Positions 12,205-24,669 are shown, counted from the first letter of the stretch. The stretch is 64,000 nt of DNA from Mobula birostris (GCF_030028105.1 NC_092374.1:8670998-8734997); one strand, 5' to 3'. Notes: generated from the letters alone by a model not told the origin. Made by a program: numbers and translations.

Positions 12205-13110
12205 AAGTCAATAAGACATAGGAGCAGAATTAAGCCATTCACCCCATTGAGTCTGCTCCGCCGTTCCATCAAGGCTGATCCGGAAACCACTCAATCCCAT
12301 AAATTTGCCTGGTCGCCATTTCATTTGATGCCATGACCGAGCAGGAAACGATCAACTTTCGCTTTAAATTTACACACGGATTTGACCTCTACCGCAGTCT
12401 GTGGCAGAGCATTCCTCAGATTTATACACTGGCTAAAAATTTCTCCTTGCCTCTTTTCTAAAAGGTCACCCTTCAATTCTAGCTCTGGTTACCTGCACCA
12501 GAGGAAAAGCCGCTCCACATCCACCCTACATAGTCCTTTCAACATCCGGTTGGTTTCAATGAGATCTGCCCGCATTCTTCTAAATTCCAGTGAGTACAGG
12601 CAGAAAGCTGCCAAACGGAACTCGTATGTCAACCCCTTCATTCCGGAATCCTCCTCGTGAGCCTCCTCTGAACTCTCTCCAATGACAACACATCTGTTCC
12701 GAGATATGGTGCCGAAAAATGTTTTTAGTACTTGTAAGAACAACGCAGTGCGTCTTAATGCACTCACCATATTCTCTGTAAATCATACTTGCCAGTTCTT
12801 ATAAGCTGCACCACAGAAGGGACAGTCTCAGAATAGAGGGCTGTCCAATTATAACAGAGATGAGGAGGAATTTCGCCAGTCAGCGGTAGTGAATCTGTGA
12901 AATTCATTGTCACAGATGGCTGTGGAGGCAATGTCATTGTGTATATTTAAAGCCGAGGTAGACAGGTTCTTTTTTAACGAGGATGTCAAATGTTACGGGG
13001 AGGAGGCAGAAGAACGGGATTGAGGGGTTAAACAAATTAATCATGACGGGATGGCAGAGCAGTTATGTAGGTTGAATGGCCTAATTCTGCTCTTGTATTT
13101 TACGGTTGTA
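12205..13110. mobile_element. Two oppositely oriented CR1 3' ends (12205-12800 minus; 12810-13110 plus)
   Basis: YSLEFRRMRADLIETNRMLKGL on minus; CR1 3' UTR-type sequence on plus. Confidence 0.75.
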
Positions 13111-13379
13111 ATTGAGGATGTCTTCACAAACACTCTGAGAACTAAGTAATACAACTCCACAGCCAACAATGGGAAAACGGCCCATCACACACAAGAACAC
13201 TTCCATACACAGGAAGAGGCAGAACAAACGTGAAATACTACAGGATATTAAAACAGTCCACGGCCAAAGTCACTGAAATATCATGACCCCCCCCCCCCAT
13301 TCTGATATTTGATTCCCAAAATATCTGAAATTCCTGACCACATCTATAGTGTTAGGATTTCCAGCAACACTCTCTACCT

Positions 13380-14860
13380 TAGGTTGTGGAAGCTTTTCAG
13401 TATATGAGACGTTTCTTCAGATACATACACTGTAAAAGTGAGTCGAAAGTGGATATTGGACGGTCAGAAAACGATCCTGGAGAGGTAGTAATGGGAAGCA
13501 ACGAAATAATGTGCCAACTGAAAAAATATTTTGTATCAGTCTTCATTGTGGAAGACACTAGCACATGGTAGAAGTTCCAGGTTTCAGGGGTCATAAAGTG
13601 TATGAAGTTAACATTGTTAGTGAGAAGGTTCCTGGGAACTGAAAGGTCTGAAAGTTGAAAAGTCACCTGGTCCACGTGGTGTGCACACCAGGGTACTGAA
13701 AGGGGTTGTCAGAGTGATCGTTGAGGCATTAATGATGACCTTTCAAGAAACACTAGGTTTTGGAATGGTTACGGAAGACTGGAAAATTGCAAATGTCACT
13801 CCACTCTTCAAGAAGGGAAAGAGGCAGAAGAAAGGGAGTTATAGGCCACATGATAACATAGGTCGTGGACAGCATGGTTCCCGCAAGGGAACATCTTGCC
13901 TGACAAGAGTATTTGAAATTCTTTGAAGAAAGAATAAGCAGGTTAGACAAAGGAAAATCAGTTCATGTTGTGTATTTGGATTTTCAGAAGGCCTTTGAAA
14001 GGGTGTCACACACGAAGCTGCTCAACAAGCTATGAGCCTATAGTATTACATCGAAGATCCTAACATGGATAAAAGAGATCAAGGCTGTCAAGGGTCTCGA
14101 CCCGAAATGCCGACTGTTTACTCGTTTCCATAGATGCTGCCTGGCCTGCTGAGATCCTCTCGCATCTTGCGTGTCTTGCATAAAGGGAGCCTTTTCTGGT
14201 TCATGTTCCACAGGGGCCTGCGTTGGGACCGACACTTTGTATGTTGTATGTTAATGACTGCGATGATAGAATTGTTCATTTTGATACATACTCTGCAGAC
14301 TATACAAAGATAAGTGGAACGGAAGGCAGTATTGAAGAAGTGGAGAGACGACAGTAGGACCTAGGCGGATTAAGCGAATGGAGAAATATGTAGCAGATGG
14401 AATACATTGTCGGTAAGTGTATGGCCATGCTCTTTGGTAGAAGAAGTGAAAGGTTGACAAGCTTTTTTTAAATGGAGAGAAAATATGCAGAAAATGCAAG
14501 AAAACAGCAAAGCAAAAGGACTTGGGAGACCTTGTTTAAGATTCCCTGAAAATTAATTGCAAGGTTGAGTCTGTGGTGAAGAAAGCAAATGTGATTTTAG
14601 CGTTCATTTCAAGAGGTTGAATATAAGCACAAAATTGTAATGTTGAGAGTTTATAAAGCACTACAGGGCCTCACATGGGGGATTGTGAGCAGTGTTCGGC
14701 CCCTTAACTTAGAAAGGATGTGCTGAAACTGGAAGGGTTTCAAAGTAGGATTGCGAAAATAGATCTGCCATGATGAAATGGCGGAGTAGACGAAATGGGA
14801 CAAATAGTCAAATCGGCTCGTATGTATTATGGTCCCTTGGGAAGGCAAATAACCAGCCGT
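13380..14860 (+). mobile_element. Fragmented CR1 ORF2 with a Penelope-derived tail at about 14080-14180
   Basis: [23 protein letters not shown]; CATAGATGCTGCCTGGCCTGCTGAG tail. Confidence 0.8.
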
Positions 14861-14869
14861 TACAACAGT

Positions 14870-15455
14870 GATGTGCAGAAGAGCATCCAGCAAACGTCAC
14901 TGCCTTAGGCTCTGCGAGGAAGAATTTCAGACTCTTTGGATATGTAGCTGTTAACCTAAGAGCTTGTGGATGCTCTTAAATGTCAGCTGAAGTCCTTGCT
15001 CTTAGAATTTAGCTGAAAGTCCTTGATAATGTCCAAAGAAAAAGGTTATGGCGCTGCATTTACGTAATGCTGTTGTTTCTTGAAATTTAGGCCAAGTTCA
15101 AAGTCACGTTGTTTGTTACATTTTAGGCCGAAGCTCACGGTCATGCAATGTTGTTGTGAAGTGCTTTTAGTTACGTACGCGGTGTCTATAGAACAAAGCG
15201 TGCCTGAAACCTAACCAGAGCTTCTGAACAGCGCTTTTAGGAAAAGAGTCTCTCCGTCTGGAGGATCTGAGATATATGGAAAGATAGAATAGGTTAGGAT
15301 TTTTTTCCCTAGAATGTAGAAGCGTGAGAGGAGATTTGATAAAGATATACAAAAGGAGGCATGGGATAGCTTTGACAGAGAAAGTTTAGTCTGAAACAAT
15401 TCTCTGAGTCGGCCTGATTTGTTCTGTCTTCTGCTCCTGAGATTTCTCCGCAGCC
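14870..15455 (+). mobile_element. Putative ERV 5' LTR, interrupted by a CR1 scrap (about 15280-15370)
   Basis: Non-coding block directly upstream of a PBS-like sequence; no 3' LTR is available to confirm the ends. Confidence 0.4.
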
Positions 15456-15458
15456 AAA

Positions 15459-15476
15459 TGGCGATGAGGATGAGCT
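15459..15476 (+). promoter_or_regulatory. Primer-binding site, tRNA-Ser(GCU)-like
   Basis: TGGCGATGAGGATGAGCT versus TGGCGACGAGGATGGGAT (15/18; complement of the vertebrate tRNA-Ser(GCU) 3' end, from memory), positioned upstream of gag. Confidence 0.6.
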
Positions 15477-15604
15477 GAGACAAGACAGTGGGGAGTAGGC
15501 TTGAGCGGAAGCAAGACAGCGGCTCTTACGCGATTCTAGGAAAAGAACCCTCGGCGAAAAAGGAGAAGCAAAAGAGAAAGGTGCCTTCCAAGTTGGAAAA
15601 GAAA

Positions 15605-15880
15605 ACCAGTCTCCCAGCTGAAACGGGGAGACTGGTGGCCTGTCTCCCAGCTGAAAGGGGGAGACTGGTGTACCGCGTCCTACTGAAAAGGGGAGACTGG
15701 TGGCCTGTTTCCTAGCTGAAACGGGGAGCCTGGTGCCCTGCCTTCAAGCTGGAAGGGGGACGGCAGGAGGTTGTTCGCTCCTTCCAAGTTGGGAAGGAAA
15801 ATCAGTCTCCTAGTTGAAAGGGAGAGACAGGTGTCTTGCGTCCTACCTGAAAGGGGGACGGCAGGGGGTGCTCGTGGGAG
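15605..15880 (+). repeat. About 33-bp degenerate tandem repeats in the ERV leader
   Basis: CCCAGCTGAAACGGGGAGACTGGTGGCCTGT-like units, about 7 copies. Confidence 0.8.
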
Positions 15881-16031
15881 CACCAAGGTAGCTACCGATC
15901 AATTCCGTGACTGAACTCAGAGACCAGTGGAAAGACAGAGGAACCCCACCAGTGAGCGCTCATTGTGTACATAGTGTGTATAAAGAAACTTTGTGCTGTC
16001 TTAAATGAAATTAAAATCCTAACCAGGATAA

Positions 16032-16790
16032 ATGGGAAGTGTCAGCAGTCGATCGGCTCGCGCGGATCCTGCTAATAAACCCAGGAGTTCCGGAGGTAAG
16101 ACGAAGGGTTTGAACGCTCAACTGCCGGTAGGAAAAAGACCGCCAAAAAGATTAAAAAGATAAAACGGCACCACCAGCGAATAGGAGACCCCTTAGACCC
16201 GCCTGGATGCCAGGCAGGTATGGTAATCAGAGAGACCTCAGATGATCGTATTGCGGTAACATTCAGTAGTGAGTGGGCACATTGGGATTGACTGTATAGG
16301 GGAAGTTTTAATTTGAAACTAATCCAGCACTGGAAGGACACCACCTGAAATGGGGACGGCGACTCAAATTGGGATGCTGATTACATGTTCAGACGTTTTA
16401 AACGATGGAAGGAGGTGGCTAAAAGACACCAACCTCCAAAGAAAAAGGAGATTAAGCAGCCTGAAACAGAGAAGATTGGGGCTGAAACGAAACTTGCCAC
16501 GGGACTTTATCTCCAACTCCCTGTACCGGTCAGTGCCCCACTGGCATCAAATAGTGAAATAGACGATTTAATAATGACAACGACTGCCGTGGGACGACCC
16601 GCACCCTCTCCTTACAACCCCCCCCCCCCATGCCAGACGTTCAGGCACCTGACACCCCCAGGGGAGCGGACATCACTGTTACAAGAGAAGGGTCTCAGGA
16701 AAGAGGAACTGAAGCGGAGGGAGCTTTAGCAGTACTAGAGATGACTCAAAAAAAAGAGGCAGGAAAAGAGAAAAAGAGAATGGAGGATAA
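16032..16790 (+). pseudogene. gag: ERV gag remnant (matrix and late-domain region; CA and NC absent)
   Basis: MGSVSS (myristoylation-like MGxxxS), MA-like W..LYRGSFNLKLI, Pro-rich PAPSPYNPPPP; stops and frameshifts. Confidence 0.7.
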
Positions 16791-18210
16791 GCTTTTAACA
16801 GACACCTTAATTATATCTAAAAACAGCCCCGCTTCCCCTGCTGGGTCTGCAGATCATTTGTAAATTAGGGGCAACACTGCACTGTACAGCTGAAGGTATA
16901 TACAAACATACATGGAGCTTCCTCAAATTAGGGTCCCTCAAATGCTAAAATTAACGAATGGGCGAGAAAAGGACAGTTCAGAACCCATACTGTACTGTTG
17001 CCAGCTGGACAGCAATCTCTATGATTGGCAAGTTCAGAGACTGGGTGACACATTGATAGGACGAGCCAACAACCTCTACACGCAAAATCTGCAATACTTG
17101 ACTAACAGCAGCCGAGACAAGAATCAGCTCCATTGCACGGTCTGTTACACTTTACAAACTGAGCCGCACTGTGACCAGGCTGTACACTCTTATTTAAACG
17201 GTACAGCTGAAGGCAACACCGTGTGTGTATCCTGGTCGCGAGGGATTAGAGCTCCTGGTGGACTTAGTGGAAGATCAGAATAAAAAAGATTCCGACCAGG
17301 GGCTCCTCAATGGCTCATTTTACAGTGGCCATAAAACCACCAGCGAAGCCTAAAGATATCGGGACGATGGTAAAACGATTGGCGAAAGAAACCAAGGCTG
17401 TTTATACTATAACTCTGCCGGTACTGAGACAGGAAGCCCGAATAGAATTCTTTAACGAAATGGAGGGGAGAATAATGTTAAGGTCCGAGAGCTGGGCAAC
17501 AACCTTTGAAAAGCAACAGCCACCACCAGAAGATCCTTTACTTCCCCCTAGAGCCTTAGCGCGGGCACCAGGGAACCTATGGGCACAACATAAAAATCAT
17601 GTGGGAAAGGCCCAAACAGCTCCGGAGCATAAAGTTACTCTAAAAAGAACGTGCCACTGCCTTGTATTAAACAGCACAGTATATCTACTGAAGCTAAAGA
17701 AGGTGTCGCTCCAGCAATTGACTCATTTCAGCAAAGGGGTGCTGGTGACGACACAGGCATGTATAACACCCCTCTATTATCTATCTCGAAAACCGGCCGG
17801 AGAAATGAATGGCGTTTTGCGCAGGACCTAAGAGCCAGTAATAAGATATTCATCCCTAACACTCCGCTGGTGCCGGACACCAACATTATGCTTACTTCTA
17901 TACCTGCAGGTGCTAGTAGTACCTTTACTGTAGTCGATCGGTTCTCAGCACTTTTCTCCATACCTTTGCACGAGGATAGCCAGTATTCATTTGCCTTTAC
18001 TTATAAGAATGAGCGATATACGTGGACACGTCTGCCCCAGGGATATACCGAAAGTCCCAGTTAAAAATGATTTGGCCGAATGCCAGCAGTTAAAAATGAT
18101 TTGGCCGAATGCCAGCAGTCCGAATATTTCACACTGATTCAATATGCAGACAGCGTCCTGATAGCTTCTGCTACAGGGCCACAATGTCTGACCGATTCTT
18201 TTACACTCCA
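16790..18210 (+). pseudogene. pol: ERV pol remnant: protease C-terminus, 2H-phosphodiesterase-like domain, RT N-terminal half (class I/epsilon-like)
   Basis: PLLGLQIICKLGAT (PR end); LHCT 17128-17139 and AHFT 17313-17324; LWAQHKNHVG; YNTPLLSISK..WRFAQDLRASN; FAFTYKNERYTWTRLPQGYTESP; QYADS for YxDD; cut by a CR1 at 18209. Confidence 0.9.
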
Positions 18211-20230
18211 TAGAAACCATAGAAACTACAGCACAGAAACAGGCCTTTTGGCCCTTCTTGGCTGTGCCGAACCATTTTCTGCCTAGTCCCACTGACCTGC
18301 ACACGGACCATATCCCTCCATACACCTCTCATCCATGTAGCTGTGCAATTTATTCTTAAATATTAAAAAAGAACCCGCATTTAACACCTCGTCTAGCAGC
18401 TCATTCCATACTCCCACCACTCTCTGTGTGAAGAAGCCCTCACTAATGTTCCCTTTAAACTTCTCCCCCCTCACCCTAAACCCATGTCCTCTTTTTTTTT
18501 TCCCCTTGCCTCAGTGGAAAAAACCTGCTTGCATTCACTCTATCTATACCCATCATAATTTTATATATCTCTATCAAATCTCCCCTCATTCTTCTACGCT
18601 CCAGGGAATAAAGACCTAACCTATTCAACCTTACTCTGTAACTGAGTTTCTCAAGTCCCGGCAACATCCTTGTAAACCTTCTCTGCACTCTTTCAACCTT
18701 ATTTATATCCCTCCTGTAATTTGGTGACCAAAACTGAACGCAATACTCCAGATTTGGCCTCACCAATGCCTTATACAACCTCATCATAACATTCCAGCTC
18801 TTATACTCAATACTTTGATTAATAAAGGCCAATGTACCAAAAGCTCTCTTTACGACCCTATCTACCTGTGATGCCACTTTTAGGGAATTTTGTATCTGTA
18901 TTCCCAGATCCCTCTGTTCCACTGCACTCCTCAGTGCCTTACCATTTACCCTGTATGTTCTACCTTGGTTTGTCCTTCCAACGTGCAATACCTCACACTT
19001 GTCTGTATTAAACTCCATCTGCCATTTTTCAGCCCATTTTTCCAGCTGGTCCAAGTCCCTCTGCAGGCTCTGAAAACCTTCCTCACTGTCTACTACACCT
19101 CCAATCTTTGTATCATCAGCAAATTTGCTGTTCTAATTTACCACATTATCATCCAGATCATTGATATAGATGACAAATAACAATGGACCCAGCACTGATC
19201 CCTGTGGCACACCACTAGTCACAGGCCTCCACTCAGAGAAGCAATTTTCTACCACCACTCTTTGGCTTCTTCCATTGAGCCAATGTCTAATCCAATTTAC
19301 CACCTCTCCATATATACCTAGCGACTGAATTTTCCTAACTAACCTCCCATGCGGGACCTTGTCAAAGGCCTTACTGAAGTCCATGTAGACAATATCCACT
19401 GCCTTCCCTTCATCCACTTTCCTGGTAACCTCCTCGAAAAGCTCCAATAGATTGGTCAAACATGACCTACCACGCACAAAGCCATGTTGACTCTCCCTAA
19501 TAAGTCCCTGTCTATCCAAATGTTTGTAGATTCTGTCTCTTAGTACTCCCCCCAATAACTTACCTACTACCAACGTTAAACTTACTGGCCTATAATTTCC
19601 CGGATTACTTTTCGATCCTTTTTTGAACAATAGAACAACATGAGCCACTCTCCAATCCTCCGGCACCTCACCTGTAGACAGCGACATTTTAAATATTTCT
19701 GACAGGGCCCCTGCAATTTCAACACTAGTCTCCTTCAAGGTCCGAGGGAACACTCTGTCAGGTCCCGGGGATTTATCCACTTTAACTTTCCTCAGGACAG
19801 CAAGCACCTCCTCCTTTTCGATCTGTACAGTTTCTATGATCTCACTACTTGTTTCCCTTAATTCCATAGACTTCATGCCAGTTTCCTTAGTAAATACAGA
19901 CGCAAAAAACCTATTTAAGATCTCCCCCATTTCCCTTGGTTCCGCACATAGCCGACCACTCTGATCTTCAAGAGGATCAATTTTATCCCTTACATCCTTT
20001 TGCTCTTAATATACCTGGAAAAGCTCTTTGGATTATCCTTTACTTTGACTGTCAAGGCAACCTCATGCCTTCTTTTATCCCTCCTGATTTCTTTCTTAAG
20101 TATTTTCTTGCACTTCTTATACTCCTCAAGCACCTTATTTACTCCCTGTTTCCTATACATGTCATGCAACTCCCTCTTCTTCTTTATCAGAGTTGCAATA
20201 TCCCTTGAGAAGCAAGGTTCCTTATTCCCG
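18209..20230 (-). mobile_element. 5'-truncated young CR1 (same family as 43076 and 52370)
   Basis: ORFs 19133-19930 and 18476-19054 near-identical to those copies; (TTTCTATGG)n tail. Confidence 0.95.
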
Positions 20231-20234
20231 AGAA

Positions 20235-20830
20235 CTTTATAATGCCCTGGTGAGGCCTCACCTTGAGTATTGTGAACAGTTTGGGTTGCTCAGCTAAGAA
20301 AAGGATTGTTGGCATTCGAGGGGCCTCGGAGGATGTTCACAAGAACGATTCCGGGAATGAAAGGGTTATCATACGAGGAACTTTTGATATCTTTGGGTCT
20401 GTAATCGCTGGAATTTAGAAGGATGAGGGGGAATCTCATTGAAACTTTTCAAATGTTGAGAGGTCTAGAGAGAGGAGATGTGGAAAGAATGTTTCCCAAG
20501 GTGAGGGAGTCTAGGACAAGAGGGCACAGCCTCAGGATGGAGGGGCGTACATTTCAAACAGAGATAAGAAGAAATTTCTTTCGCCAGAGTTGGTGCACTT
20601 GTGGAATTTATTACCACAGTTTGCTGCTGAGGACAGGAAGTTGGGGGTATTTAAGGCAGAGCTTGATAGTTTCTTGATTGGACACAGCAACAAAGGTCAT
20701 GGAGAGAAGGCTGAGGAGTGGTTCTGAGGAGGGGGAAAAAGGATCAGCCATGATTAAATGGCGAAGCAGAGTCAATGGGCCAAATGGTCTAATTCTGGTC
20801 TTATGTTTTATGGTGTTATGGCTTGGGCTA
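20235..20830 (+). mobile_element. CR1 3' fragment
   Basis: ALVRPHLEYC, MRGNLIETFQMLRGL, 3' UTR. Confidence 0.85.
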
Positions 20831-20859
20831 GCCCTTTTCGATATCTTGATGTAGTCTCA

Positions 20860-21700
20860 TTTACTTTCTGCCAGATGATTATCGAGACGAATGTATTGGT
20901 TCATCAGAACCTCTACGGACTCTCGCAAGTCCATGTCATCCTTCAGTTAATATCGAAGTCCGTGGCAGTACAGAGTGGCAAGGACCTCTCCGTTGCTACC
21001 ACTTTCCTGGGCCAAGTTTTGAAACTCGATATCATTATCGGCCGTTGACTATCCACTCTGTCGAATTTTTATCAGACGGTCCGAGCCTCAGCTGGTTCCG
21101 GCAGGGTGATGAAACACCTTCCTCACTGCGGCCATAAATCCCGTCGACCTTCAATCACAATACGCAGTGGCCCAAGCCAGGGCTCTCCCAGTCAGAAAAG
21201 AGATAATGAAGGTCACCCTTCCACACTCCAAAGGAAACCGGAACGGCTGGCATTCTAACGCTAATGAGTATTGTGCGTGCCGCGGCAAGAGCCCGGATCA
21301 CCGTCGAATCTCTTCTTGTTAGAACATTTAATGGCTCCGCAGAGGGACGAACTAGCTCTCCCGTGTGTCTCGGGGTTCCACATTGCGAATGTTAACAAAC
21401 GGTTACCTGGAGACCGTGTATCTCTTGGTTCAATCGTACCGTGACGAGAATCCTTAATGAGGATGGTTTGGACACATATGCTGGAGTATCCGAGGCTAGG
21501 TTCGAGATACGGAATAAAACTGGATCGAGAACCGAGCACAAAACAAAAGGCTAGACAGTATATCTGGTTGGGCTTACGATCGAGCTTTGAACATTCCTTT
21601 AAATGGTGGTTGGCAGTCCAACATAAGGTGCATTACCGCCACCAACTGGACTGGAGTGTAATGTAGAGAGTCGGAAAACATAATTCCCAATTACCACGAC
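20860..21700 (-). mobile_element. Ty3/Gypsy (sushi/PEG10-like) gag pseudogene with upstream LTR remnant
   Basis: Manual minus translation: RFDGDPGSCRG...RVTFIISFLTGRALAWATAY...VRKVFHHP...DRLIKIRQ...IEFQNLAQESG...YIRLDNHL, with stops. Confidence 0.85.
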
Positions 21701-21819
21701 CGTCCTGAATTGTTAAAGGGACCACCCCTGCTGTCCATACTCCGGAGAATTAGGGTCTCTAAATTCCGGAAGATGGCGCGTTTGAGAGTGTCTCGTAACA
21801 GTCTGGAATATAAGAAGCG

Positions 21820-22640
21820 TGGCCGCACTTACCCTGGTACCTATAGACCAGTAAGCGTAAAGTGTATCGCAGTCATGATAATGGAAATAATAATAAAGAA
21901 TGAGTGGGAAAAGCAGCTGATAAGAACGGGTATGTTAGCCCAAAGTCAGCATGAGTTCTCAACGGGAAAATCATTATTTACTAATATGCTGGAGTTCTAT
22001 GAAGAGACAACTAAAATTTATGACAATAGAGTGGTAGATATCATTTACATGGACTTTCGGAAGGACTTTTGACAAGGTATCCCACGAGAGGTTAATAATA
22101 AAATTATACGATCGGTGTAGAATTGGCTCAAAATCAGAAAAAAAGGCAAATTATAGTGAGATCATTTTCACACGAAAAAGATGTTAAAAGTGGGTTTCCA
22201 CAGGGATCGCTGTTGGGGCCGCTGTTGTTCTTAATTTACATTAATGATTTGGATAAGCGCGTAACAAATAAATTCGTAAAGTCTGCCGATGACACAGAAT
22301 TATGGGGACAAGCTGATAACATTCAAGCAGCAGAATCAAGGCAGTGAGGTCTAAAAAAAGTCCAGATGTGGGCAAATAAACGGCAGATGAAATTCAATGT
22401 AAGTAAATGTAAAGTATTTAATGTAGGAAGTAGAAAGATTAGATATAAAAATAAGATGGAGGTCTTGAGTGAGAAAGTGTACTGTATGAGAAGGATTTGG
22501 GCGTCTTGGTGTAGATCTATGACTATCAACACCTAGACAATGCACAGAAACGATTGGGAAGGCTAATGGAATGCTGGGCTGTATAATGTACTGAGTGGAG
22601 TTCGAGTCTAGGCACTTTCTCTTTAAACTGTATAATACAC
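21820..22640 (+). mobile_element. Old CR1 RT fragment
   Basis: [48 protein letters not shown]. Confidence 0.85.
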
Positions 22641-22652
22641 ATGTGAAGCCAC

Positions 22653-22785
22653 TGTCATGCTCCAGTCCGTGAAGTCCGCGTTTCGGTTCACGGTCCGGTC
22701 CGTGGACTCCGAACTTCGGGACTTCCGGCTGTCCCTTGTTTCGGTTGGACTTAATCATAGGCACCTGATGAACAAGATTAGAGTA
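22653..22785 (+). mobile_element. 5' fragment of an LTR related to 8338-9386
   Basis: TGTCATGCTCCAGTCCGTGAAGTCC...CGGTTCACGGTCCGGTCC matches the start of the 8338 LTR. Confidence 0.8.
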
Positions 22786-22894
22786 GGGAGCTTAAGCTAA
22801 AGGAACCCTGATGAGGTGCTCTTGTACATAAGACAATAGACTTGAGTTTTACTTTGATTCTATCTGTGGGATGATTTTGAACACGATCAAACAA

Positions 22895-24098
22895 TCTACA
22901 TACTACTAAAACCCTCATGCTCTTCTGTCTGTTTGTCTGTTTGTAACCTCCAATTAGCGCAAACGGTGCATTACAGCGGCACTTTAGTTGGCTAAATCGA
23001 AGTAAAATGCGCTAAATTACAGAATACAGGCAAAGTTAGGGGTTATATATTCGTATAAAATTGCTCATTCGCCAAAATTAACAGGCCTGTTTTCACCCGA
23101 GAGCCGATCCGCAATCATGGAAATTGGGACGAGATAGCATGAAGCATGCGCACGGCCAGCCTCAGCAGCGACACCTCCCGGAGCACAAGGGCAGGGCAGG
23201 GCAGTTCTATTTCGAGGTTCACAATCTGCTTATCACCATCAGCATGTGCAGGATTGGGACAGATCTAACTGCCACCCATCAATAAGAGATAATTAAATCT
23301 TATTCTAATGACGTACATCGAGACACCCATAAAACCCACATCCATTTAGGAGAGCGCCAACCACATCATCAAGAATTATCAGCATCCTTTGGTATTACTG
23401 CTTCGTATCGTCTATCCAGCATTAGGGTAAAAAAATGGTCAGCCTAATTATACCGCGTGGAAAGGGAAGGGGGCATAATCTTCAAGAGATGACACCAAAC
23501 GTCGTTGGGAAGCGGCAAGGAGAGGGAGAGAACAAGAAACGGATGAGGCCAGGGCCGCACGACTCCAGGATCAAAGAGTCAGGACAAAAAAGATGAGAGA
23601 AAAAGAGACAGAGGAGGAGAAGTATGCACGTCTCCAGGATCAGACAAACAACAAACAGCAGAAGAGATGAAGAGACGGGGAATACAAGGACTGCACATCT
23701 CCAGAATGACAAAAAACAGGAACAGAAGACGGAGAGAGGAAGAGAGAAAGCAGCTGAGAAATGCTCGTCTCCAGGATCAGAGACAAAGAACATACAGCAG
23801 AAAAGATGAAGATACGGAGGATACAAGGGCTGCATGTCTCCAGAATGACAACGAGAGGCATAAGTGTGGCAGATAAACCAGAGATGATGCCATCAAAAGT
23901 GTCCTTCGTTAACCGAGGAGGAGCTATATTTGCTTTGCTACGCGTCGTTCTTCTTTAATAAACTGAGGTTTTCTACTTTAGTTTCCATAGCAAAGCGATA
24001 CCAATAGCATTCAGGAAAATTTAATGTTCATTCTGGTCACATCAAACTGCACTACCTTTCTCTCAAAGGGTGCCCCAACGGGTCACCCCGTTGTTTAG
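22895..24098 (+). mobile_element. Non-autonomous Helitron with relic STPR-like 23-aa repeats
   Basis: A|TC 5' end; 3' hairpin CAACGGG-TCAC-CCCGTTG (24076-24093) followed by TTTAG|T (variant of CTAG|T); about 69-bp repeats at 23525-23860. Confidence 0.75.
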
Positions 24099-24264
24099 TG
24101 TTCACTAAATGGAGTTTGTCTTGGTTCTCTGTGCTTCAGTACACTAACGAAGGAAGTCTACAGATGGTTCTCCGCAGCAAAGAGCACCTGTCCTGGTTGG
24201 TCTGGATCAAGTTGGCACTGCCGTCTGCAAAGGCATCTGAGGGCATCGTGTAAGATCACGGCGA

Positions 24265-24560
24265 GAGATGGTAGCATAGCAGTGAACGTAACTCTTCCAC
24301 TGTGCCAGCGCTGAGTTCCCGCTGCTGCCTATAAGGAGTTTCTACCTTTTCCCTGTGAACATATGGTGTTCCTCCTGGTGCTCTGATTTCCAAAGGCATA
24401 TGCGTCAGGGTTAGTAAGTTGTGGGCATGCTATGATGACGCCGGAAGAAAGGTAATACTTGCAGGCTGCTCGCAGCGTATCCCTCGGACTGTTGGTTGTT
24501 GGAGTAAACGACGCATTTCTCTTGATGTTTTGATGTAAATGTGACAAATAAAGCCAATCT
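24265..24560 (+). mobile_element. Degenerate V-SINE-like element
   Basis: Decayed tRNA-like head and V-domain-like GGAGTTTCTACCTTTTCCCTGTG...GGTGTTCCTCCTGGTGCTCTGATTTCC. Confidence 0.55.
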
Positions 24561-24669
24561 TTCGTTTGATGGGCACCGTGTCTCAGATAGAGCCGCTGCC
24601 CCCAGTGGGGGAGAAATTACGGGAAGGAGAAATCGATATACATGCCATCATGTTGGATCACACCCAGAT

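Noticed and set aside
16877-16888. Additional LHCT motif as part of the 2H active site
   Set aside because: It lies directly after the protease C-terminal LLG..CKLGAT motif, in the linker; the pair at 17128 and 17313 has the spacing and flanks expected for a 2H domain.
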